This document shows positions 1 to 6,528 of a stretch of 10,100 bases of DNA, in pieces (position 1 is the first letter of the stretch; every line of letters begins with the position of its first letter). The stretch is from Archangiaceae bacterium. GTDB taxonomy: Bacteria; Myxococcota; Myxococcia; Myxococcales; Myxococcaceae. Made by a program: the position numbers and the translations under genes. Location of the stretch: contig JAYVCD010000183.1 of the NCBI GenBank assembly GCA_043750125.1, positions 1 through 10,100 of the forward strand, written 5' to 3'. The notes under the pieces are model-generated. The model was not told the origin of the DNA. It saw only the letters and a list, made by a program, of their open reading frames with translations, and searched no databases.

Positions 1-3000
1 GTCACCTACGAGTGCAGCCTCGACGGTGCGGTCTTCATCGCCTGCGCCAATCCTTCGATGTTCAACGGCCTCGCAGACGGGGTGCACTCGCTGCGGGTCC
101 GGGTCAAGGACGGCCTGGGCAACTTCGACACCACGCCCGCGCTGCGCTTCTGGACGATCGACACCCTGGTTCCGGGGGCGCCGGTCGTGACCTCGCCTGG
201 CGATCAGGCGGTGATCGGCTACGACACCCCGATCATCACCGGCACCGGTCAGCCGGGCTCGACAGTCACCGTGCGCCTCGATGGCGGCGCGGCGGGCACT
301 GCGCTCGTCGACCCGAGCGGTCACTGGACCTTCACCCCGGCCGCTCCGTTGTCATCCGGGATGCACACCGTCTCGGCCACGGCCACTGATCCTGCGGGCA
401 ACCTCAGCCCGAGCTCGGCCACCCACAGCTTCACCGTCGACCTGAGTGCGCTCGACACTGCGATCGTCTCTGGCCCGTCGGGGAGCACGTCCAGCACCAG
501 CGCGATCTTCACCTACGGCTCGAACAAGTCGGGCGTCACCTACGAGTGCAGCTTCGACGGCGCTGCCTTCACCTCGTGCAGCAACCCGCAGCTGCTCAGT
601 GCCCTCGCAGACGGGACCCACACCCTGCAGGTGCGGGCAAAGGACGCGGGCGGCACGGTCGACTCGACCCCCGCGTCCCGCACCTGGACGGTGGACACCG
701 TCGCGCCCTCGGCTCCGGTGGTTCCCTCCCCGTCCGATGGCTCGACGATCGGCACCACGATGCCGACGATCTCTGGCACTGCCGAGCCGTTCAGCACGGT
801 CACGGTGTTGATTGATGGGGTGGTTGCCGGCACCACCACCGCCGACGCCAGCGGCAATTGGACCTTCGTACCCGCCACGCCGCTCACCCCCGGCAGCCAC
901 ACCGTGGCAGCCCAGTCCACCGATGCGGCGGGCAACGTCAGCCCGAGCTCGGCGATCAACACCTTCACCGTCGACACCGGGACGCTCGACACCTTCATCG
1001 TCAGCGGACCCAACCTCTTGAGCCGAGTCTCCACCGCAGCGTTCGACCTCGACTCGAACCGATCGAACGTCACCTACGAGTGCAGCCTCGACGGCGCGGC
1101 CTTCAGCGCCTGCAACGATCCGGCGACGTTCCTTTCCCTTCCCGACGGGAGCCACACCCTGCGGGTGCGCGCCACCACCGGAGCCGGCATCGTCGACGCC
1201 ACCCCGGCCTCGTTCACCTGGACCATCGACACCGTCACCCCCGACACCACGATCGTCAGTGGCCCCCCGGCACAGACCCTGGCGACCTCGGCGAAGTTCG
1301 ACTTCTCGAGCACCGAGGCCGGCGTCAGCTACGAGTGCAGCCTCGACGGCGGCCCGTTCGTCACCTGCTCGAACCCGGTCACCTTCGGTCCGCTCGGGGT
1401 CGGAATGCACACCCTCGCGGTGCGGGCCCGCGACCCCGTCGGCAATGTTGACCCCACCCCGGCCCAGCACGTGTGGGCGGTGATGCCGGTGCTCGACACG
1501 GTGATCGTGAGCGGACCTCCGGCGACCAGCAAGAGCGCTGGCGCGATGTTCTCGTTCTCCTCTCCCAACGCCAGCGTCACCTACGAGTGCAGCCTCGACG
1601 GCGCGGCCTTTACCGCCTGCGCCAACCCGTCGACCTTCAGCGCCCTCGCCGACGGCGCCCATACCCTGCGGGTGCGCGCCCGGGACGCCGCCGGTAACTT
1701 CGACACCACCCCGGCGCTCCACGCATGGGTGATCGACACCGCCGCGCCCGCGGCCCCGGTCGTCGTCTCGCCCGCCGACGAATCGACCCTCGGCTACGAC
1801 AGGCCGGTCATCAGCGGCACCGGCGAGCCCGGCGCGACGCTGACGGTGATCCTCGACGGGATGATCGCCGGGACGACCGTCGTCGACCCGAGCGGCAACT
1901 GGAGTTTCACCCCCGCCGCGCCGCTCGCGAGCGGGTTGCACACCGTCTCGGCCAACGCCACCGACCCGGCCGGCAACGTCGGGCCCAGCTCGAGCCCGAA
2001 CAGCTTTACGGTAGACCTGGGCATCCTCGACACCACGATCGTCTCTGGGCCGTCGGGCAGCACGGGCAGCGCCAGCGCAACCTTCGCGTTCGGCTCGAAC
2101 CAGACCGGCGTCACCTACGAGTGCAGCCTCGACGGAGCCGCGTTCACTGCCTGCACCAACCCCTCGACCTTCGGGGCGCTCGCCCAGGGCACCCACACCG
2201 TCGCAGTTCGCGCGAAGAGCGCCGCCGGCACCGTCGACCCCACCCCGGCCACCCGGACCTGGACAGTGGACACCGTCGTCCCGGCTGGCCCGGTGGTCGT
2301 GACCCCGGCCAACAACTCGACGATCGGCACGACCCGGCCGACCATCACCGGCAGCGCCGAGCCGCTCAGCACGGTGACGGTGATGATCGACGGAATGGTC
2401 GCCGGCACCACCACGGCCAACGCCAGCGGCGACTGGACCTTCGTCCCCGCGGCGCCGCTCAGCCTGGGCAACCACACCGTCGGGGCACGCGCCACCGATG
2501 CGGCGGGCAACGTCAGCCCCGCCTCGGCAATCAACACCTTCACCATCGACACCGCGACGCTCGACACCTTCATCGTCACCGGACCGAACCAGGTGAGCCG
2601 GCTCACCGACGCGGCGTTCGACCTCGACTCGAACCGGTCGAACGTCACCTACGAGTGCAGTCTCGACGGCGCGGCGTTTACCGCCTGCAGCGACCCAGCG
2701 ACCTTCACCGGCCTCGCCGACGGCAGCCACACGGTACAGGTGCGCGCGAAGGACTCGCTGGGCAACGTCGACGCCACCCCGGCCTCTTTCAGTTGGGTGG
2801 TCGACACCAGGGCCCCTGCGGCGCCGGTGGTGACTTCCCCCGCCAATGGTTCGACGGTGACCAACAACCGCCCCCCGGTGACCGGAACGTCCGAGCCGGG
2901 CGCGCGGGTCCGGGTCAGCATCGATGGTCAGTTCGTCGGAATCGCCACCGCCGACGCGACCGGCAAGTGGACGCAGCCGCTGGGCACCGCGCTGAGCAAC

Positions 3001-3612
3001 GGCCCCCACACGGTGAGCGCCACCGCGACCGACGCGGCAGGGAACGTCAGCCCCGCCTCGGCGACCAACTCCTTCACCGTCGTCACCCAGATGCCGATGC
3101 CGATGGCGCCGACGATCACCTCACCGACCAACGGCGCCAGTACCGGGAACCGGACCCCGACCATCACCGGAAAGGGGCCTCTGAACAGCAAGGTCGACGT
3201 CTTCGTCGACGGGGTCCTCGTCGGCTCGACCACCACCGATGCGAACGGCGATTGGTCCTTCACCCCGACGACGGCGATTTCCGATGGCAGCCACGTGATC
3301 ACAGCCCAGGCCAGCCAGGGCGGCCTGCGCTCGCCGAGCTCTGCGCCGGTGATGATCACGGTGGACACCACTGCGCCCGACACCCGAATCGTCACCTCGC
3401 CTCCTGCCGCGAACCGCGCCGCAACTGCCGCCTTCACCTTCGGCTCGGACGACCCGGCGTCGACCTACGAGTGCAGCCTCGACGGTGCGGACTTCGTCGC
3501 CTGCAACCAGGCGCAGAGCTTCAGTGGGCTGGCGGCCGGCAGCCACCTCCTCGAGGTGAGGGCGGTCGATGCGGCGGGCAACAAGGATCCGACTCCTGCG
3601 TCGTACCTGTGG
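1..3612 (+). repeat. Intragenic array of two Ig-like module types: A (~85 aa, YECSLDG, two Cys) and B (~93 aa, Cys-free Big-like); order A-B-A-B-A-A-A-B-A-B-A-B-B-A
   Basis: TACGAGTGCAG occurs at 7, 541, 1075, 1330, 1582, 2116, 2650 and 3466 (spacings 534, 534, 255, 252, 534, 534, 816). B modules lie at about 163-441, 697-975, 1738-2016, 2272-2550, 2806-3090 and 3106-3366. Confidence 0.92.
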
Positions 3613-3744
3613 AGCCAGACCCAGGCAACGCAGCTGCTCAGCGGAGGTGGCTGCGGCTGCTCCACCGTCGATCCGGGCGCGCTGCTCGGGCTGCTCGGCG
3701 GACTGCTGCTGAGCAGACGCCGCCGCGGGCCCGCTCGAGGGTGA
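1..3744 (+). CDS. Giant repetitive cell-surface protein / adhesin-like, tandem bacterial Ig-like domains with C-terminal MYXO-CTERM sorting signal (5'-partial)
   Basis: Frame +1 is open from base 1 (VTYECSLDGAVFIACANPSM...), so the ATG at 58 is internal and the gene starts upstream of the window. Thr/Ser/Gly/Ala/Pro/Val-rich. Contains 8 'YECS[LF]DG' modules and 6 Big-type modules (core GT..D..G.W, mostly ending ATD.AGN.SP). Ends SGGGCGCSTVDPGALLGLLGGLLLSRRRRGPARG, TGA at 3742-3744. Confidence 0.93.
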   Translation, partial: VTYECSLDGAVFIACANPSMFNGLADGVHSLRVRVKDGLGNFDTTPALRFWTIDTLVPGAPVVTSPGDQAVIGYDTPIITGTGQPGSTVTVRLDGGAAGTALVDPSGHWTFTPAAPLSSGMHTVSATATDPAGNLSPSSATHSFTVDLSALDTAIVSGPSGSTSSTSAIFTYGSNKSGVTYECSFDGAAFTSCSNPQLLSALADGTHTLQVRAKDAGGTVDSTPASRTWTVDTVAPSAPVVPSPSDGSTIGTTMPTISGTAEPFSTVTVLIDGVVAGTTTADASGNWTFVPATPLTPGSHTVAAQSTDAAGNVSPSSAINTFTVDTGTLDTFIVSGPNLLSRVSTAAFDLDSNRSNVTYECSLDGAAFSACNDPATFLSLPDGSHTLRVRATTGAGIVDATPASFTWTIDTVTPDTTIVSGPPAQTLATSAKFDFSSTEAGVSYECSLDGGPFVTCSNPVTFGPLGVGMHTLAVRARDPVGNVDPTPAQHVWAVMPVLDTVIVSGPPATSKSAGAMFSFSSPNASVTYECSLDGAAFTACANPSTFSALADGAHTLRVRARDAAGNFDTTPALHAWVIDTAAPAAPVVVSPADESTLGYDRPVISGTGEPGATLTVILDGMIAGTTVVDPSGNWSFTPAAPLASGLHTVSANATDPAGNVGPSSSPNSFTVDLGILDTTIVSGPSGSTGSASATFAFGSNQTGVTYECSLDGAAFTACTNPSTFGALAQGTHTVAVRAKSAAGTVDPTPATRTWTVDTVVPAGPVVVTPANNSTIGTTRPTITGSAEPLSTVTVMIDGMVAGTTTANASGDWTFVPAAPLSLGNHTVGARATDAAGNVSPASAINTFTIDTATLDTFIVTGPNQVSRLTDAAFDLDSNRSNVTYECSLDGAAFTACSDPATFTGLADGSHTVQVRAKDSLGNVDATPASFSWVVDTRAPAAPVVTSPANGSTVTNNRPPVTGTSEPGARVRVSIDGQFVGIATADATGKWTQPLGTALSNGPHTVSATATDAAGNVSPASATNSFTVVTQMPMPMAPTITSPTNGASTGNRTPTITGKGPLNSKVDVFVDGVLVGSTTTDANGDWSFTPTTAISDGSHVITAQASQGGLRSPSSAPVMITVDTTAPDTRIVTSPPAANRAATAAFTFGSDDPASTYECSLDGADFVACNQAQSFSGLAAGSHLLEVRAVDAAGNKDPTPASYLWSQTQATQLLSGGGCGCSTVDPGALLGLLGGLLLSRRRRGPARG
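3643..3744 (+). other. MYXO-CTERM-type C-terminal sorting/anchoring signal
   Basis: GGGCGC motif, short spacer, hydrophobic stretch ALLGLLGGLLL, then basic cluster RRRR close to the C-terminus: the tripartite layout of the myxobacterial MYXO-CTERM signal. Confidence 0.85.
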
Positions 3745-3836
3745 GTCCAGCGCCCGCTGCACGAAACACGCGCTGAAGGAAACGAGGCAATCGCGGGCTG
3801 TTCTCCTCTGTCGCCTTCAGGTACATCGCGCCATTC

Positions 3837-4952
3837 ATGGGACTTTCCATCGGTATCGTCGGGCTGCCCAACGTCGGGAAGTCGACCCTCTTCAACGCGC
3901 TGTCCAACGCCGGCGCCCTCGCGGCCAACTACCCGTTCGCGACCATCGAGCCGAACATCGGAGTGGTCCCGGTGCCGGACGAACGGCTGCAGAAGCTGGC
4001 CGACCTGGCCAAGCCCGAGAAGATCCTCCCCACTGCGCTGGAGTTCGTCGACATCGCCGGCCTGGTCCGCGGAGCGAGCAAGGGTGAAGGCCTGGGCAAC
4101 CAGTTCCTGGGCAACATTCGCCAGGTGGACGCGGTGCTCTACGTGCTGCGCTGCTTCGAGGACGAGAACATCACCCACGTCGAAGGAAGCATCGACCCGG
4201 TCCGCGACAAAGAGACCGTCGACACCGAGCTGTGCCTCAAGGACCTCGAGTCGGTCGACAAGCGAAAGGACCGCACCCAGAAGCTGGTCAAGACCCCGGG
4301 GAAGGAAGGGGAGCTCGCCCGCGCCGAGATGGTGGTGCTCGACAAGGTGAAGGCGAAGCTCGACCAGGGAATCCCGGTGCGCGCGCACGGGCTGAGCGAA
4401 GACGAGATGTTGCTCATTCGCGAGATGTTCCTGCTCACCAGCAAGCCGGTGCTCTACATCGCCAACGTGATGGAAAATCAGCTCGCCACCGCCGAGAGCG
4501 ACCCCCACGTCAAAGCCGCCCGCGCGCTGGCCGCGAAAGAAAACGCCGACCTGGTGGTGCTCGCCGCTGCGCTCGAAGCCGAAATTCAGCAGCTGCCAAT
4601 CGAAGAGCGCCCCGAGTTCCTCAAGTCCTCAGGGCTCGACGAGCCGGGCCTGAACAAGGTGGTCCGCGCCGGCTACAAGCTGCTCGGGCTGCAGACCTAT
4701 TTCACGGTCGGCCCGAAAGAAGTCCGGGCGTGGACGATTCACAAAGGCTGGAAGGCGCCGCAGGCCGCGGGCGTTATCCACACCGATTTCGAGAAGGGCT
4801 TCATCAAGGCCGAGGTGATCGGCTGGAAGACCCTGGTCGAGCTGGGCAGCGAGCTGGCCGCCCGCGAGAAGGGTTTGTTGCGAATGGAAGGAAAGGATTA
4901 CGTGGTACAGGACGGCGACTGCATGCACTTCCGCTTCAACGTGACGACCTGA
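3837..4952 (+). CDS. ychF: Ribosome-binding ATPase YchF (Obg family)
   Basis: [17 protein letters not shown] (G1), [11 protein letters not shown] (G2), [20 protein letters not shown] (G3), ATP-type G4 ANVME (NxxE), and C-terminal TGS domain ([46 protein letters not shown]); 371 aa. Confidence 0.98.
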   Translation: MGLSIGIVGLPNVGKSTLFNALSNAGALAANYPFATIEPNIGVVPVPDERLQKLADLAKPEKILPTALEFVDIAGLVRGASKGEGLGNQFLGNIRQVDAVLYVLRCFEDENITHVEGSIDPVRDKETVDTELCLKDLESVDKRKDRTQKLVKTPGKEGELARAEMVVLDKVKAKLDQGIPVRAHGLSEDEMLLIREMFLLTSKPVLYIANVMENQLATAESDPHVKAARALAAKENADLVVLAAALEAEIQQLPIEERPEFLKSSGLDEPGLNKVVRAGYKLLGLQTYFTVGPKEVRAWTIHKGWKAPQAAGVIHTDFEKGFIKAEVIGWKTLVELGSELAAREKGLLRMEGKDYVVQDGDCMHFRFNVTT

Positions 4953-5558
4953 GTGGGTACCCATCTTCCCTGTCGAGCGAAGGTCGACGGCCTGCCCGAA
5001 ATGGGCAAGGCGATGCTCGACGATGAAGGCGTCATCTTTCACGGGAAAGACGAGCGGGTGGTCGTCCGTTTCGTCGACAGCCGCGAGGCGGTGGTCGAAG
5101 GTGACTGGCTGATTTTCGGCCCGCTCGAGCTCGAGCTCGGCGCGAAGCAGGCGACGAAATGGGCGAAGGCGATCGCCACTCCGAAGTCGGTGCTGGAAAA
5201 GCTGGGCGTCAAGTCCGGCCAGACGGCGGTGCTGCTGGGTGAGTATCCCCACGAGTTCGAAGACGAGCTGCGCCGCAAGGGCCTCATCACCACCAACCGC
5301 CCCACCCGGTCGCTGCCCGAGCTGGTGTTCTTGTTCCTCACTTCTTCGAAGCAGCTGACCCGCCTGCCGCAAATCGCCGACACCGGCGTGCTGTGGATGA
5401 TTCGCGGGAAGGGCAAGACGGCTCCCATCACCGAATCGCAGAGCAAGGCGGCGGCGCTGGCGGCCGGGTTGGTCGACAACAAGGTCATCTCGTTCTCGGC
5501 CACCCACTCGGCGGAGAAGTACCTGGTCTCGGTGCAGCGCCGCGGCTTGCGGACCTGA
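4953..5558 (+). CDS. DUF3052-like protein with additional N-terminal domain
   Basis: 201-aa ORF whose GTG start directly follows the ychF TGA. The C-terminal part has SVLEKLGVKSG, a GVLWM..GK segment and AAGLVDNKVISFSATHSA, which I recognise as the DUF3052-type pattern. Alternative ATG starts exist downstream (e.g. 5001). Confidence 0.7.
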   Translation: MGTHLPCRAKVDGLPEMGKAMLDDEGVIFHGKDERVVVRFVDSREAVVEGDWLIFGPLELELGAKQATKWAKAIATPKSVLEKLGVKSGQTAVLLGEYPHEFEDELRRKGLITTNRPTRSLPELVFLFLTSSKQLTRLPQIADTGVLWMIRGKGKTAPITESQSKAAALAAGLVDNKVISFSATHSAEKYLVSVQRRGLRT

Positions 5559-5572
5559 AGCAGCCGCGCAGC

Positions 5573-5941
5573 TCAGCCGTGGTAGACGCGCGAAGCGACG
5601 ATTTTCCCACCGCGCACGTCGAAGACTTCAGCGACCGGGTACGGCGGCCCGTCGGACGCGTGCCGCAGGTACTCGAGGAAGACCCGGTCATCGTTCGCGG
5701 TGACGGTCAGCTCTTCGTAGCGCAGCGTGGGCAGGCGCTCGATCGCCTCGGACCACCACTGCTTCAGCGCCGCGTGGCCCTGAAGCTTCCCGCCGGTGGT
5801 GGGATTCGCGAGGCGAATTTTCGGTGAGGTGTGGGTGGCGTCGGCCGCGTACAGCGAGACCAGGCCGTCTGCGTCGTGGGCGTTGAAGGCCGCCAACCAG
5901 GTGCGACCCAACCGGGCATTGGCTTCTGAAGTGGAGCTCAT
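5573..5941 (-). CDS. Nuclear transport factor 2 / SnoaL-like domain protein
   Basis: 122 aa; WLAAFNAHDADGLVSLYAADA, G..AL..WW, and terminal VFDVRGGKIVASRVYHG are typical of SnoaL-like folds. Confidence 0.88.
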   Translation of the reverse strand: MSSTSEANARLGRTWLAAFNAHDADGLVSLYAADATHTSPKIRLANPTTGGKLQGHAALKQWWSEAIERLPTLRYEELTVTANDDRVFLEYLRHASDGPPYPVAEVFDVRGGKIVASRVYHG

Positions 5942-5957
5942 GGCGTGCGGTTATTGC

Positions 5958-6509
5958 TTACTTCGCGCCACACACCACGCCCGCGATGTTCACGTCGGCG
6001 TCGAGAATCACCTTCGCCAGGACCGTGGTCTCGCTCTTGGGCCGCATTCCGCTGGCGGTGGTGGTGAAGGTCATCGACGGAGCGGCTGCATACGGCGCCA
6101 GCTCCACATCGAGCACGGTCAGCGAAATCTCTTTCAGCCCATCGAACGGACCGCCGCGGGCGATTTCCTTCTTCGCCAACCCATTGGCCTCGACGAAGAA
6201 CGAGAGGCTCTTGAGGAAGGTGAAGTCCTGCCCGTTGGCCGGGGCGGTGATGGTCAGGCTCAGGGTTCGAAGCTTCACCGAGTTGATCTGCTCGCGCTTG
6301 ATTCCCTGGTTTTTGAACTCCTGACTCTGGGTGATGTCGAAGTTCCCCAGGTTGGCAAAGCCGATGTCCCCGGTGAGCACCTCGACCAGAGAGCCGGCGG
6401 GAATGGTGGCGCTCGCCGACTGAGTCGAGCTGACTTTGGTCAGGCCTCCGCAGGTGACGAGGACGCCCATTACGAGAGCGACAACAACCGCGCGTGAAGT
6501 GTTAGGCAT
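5958..6509 (-). CDS. Hypothetical exported protein, probable lipoprotein
   Basis: 183 aa. The N-terminus MPNTSRAVVVALVMGVLVT-C has a basic residue, a hydrophobic core and a Cys (lipobox slightly non-canonical). The mature part looks beta-rich. It lies 16 bp upstream of the SnoaL-like gene on the same strand. Confidence 0.75.
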   Translation of the reverse strand: MPNTSRAVVVALVMGVLVTCGGLTKVSSTQSASATIPAGSLVEVLTGDIGFANLGNFDITQSQEFKNQGIKREQINSVKLRTLSLTITAPANGQDFTFLKSLSFFVEANGLAKKEIARGGPFDGLKEISLTVLDVELAPYAAAPSMTFTTTASGMRPKSETTVLAKVILDADVNIAGVVCGAK

Positions 6510-6528
6510 GGTTCGAGCCGTTTACTCC

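Noticed and set aside
58..60. ATG as start of the large surface protein
   Set aside because: The frame is open from base 1, the Met falls mid-module, and there is no signal peptide; the true start is upstream of the window.
352..3009. 885-aa antisense ORF
   Set aside because: In codon register with the Ig-repeat gene on the opposite strand; Gly/Arg/Val-rich with no motifs. This is the expected shadow of a GC-rich repetitive gene.
1..3500. Recurrent ~25-nt motif (CACCTACGAGTGCAGCCTCGACGG) as a CRISPR array or DGR template/variable repeat
   Set aside because: Copies are 252-816 bp apart, all in frame and encode the conserved TYECSLDG peptide. Differences look mostly synonymous rather than adenine-specific, and no cas or reverse transcriptase gene is present in the window.
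1725..3776. 683-aa alternative-frame ORF on + (and similar 12..389, 858..1451)
   Set aside because: Arg/His/Pro-rich frameshift shadow of the real gene, caused by scarcity of stops in high-GC codon usage.
3465..5507. Antisense ORFs 3465..4508 and 4629..5507, and + frame ORF 4232..5026
   Set aside because: They overlap the unambiguous ychF and the downstream gene and have no recognisable motifs.
5796..6497. 233-aa plus-strand ORF
   Set aside because: Antisense to two better-supported minus-strand genes (SnoaL-like protein and signal-peptide-bearing protein).
6436..6528. N-terminal extension of Uup in the ORF track
   Set aside because: It overlaps the divergent gene's signal-peptide region, and the ABC domain begins naturally at MTLLRA (6529).
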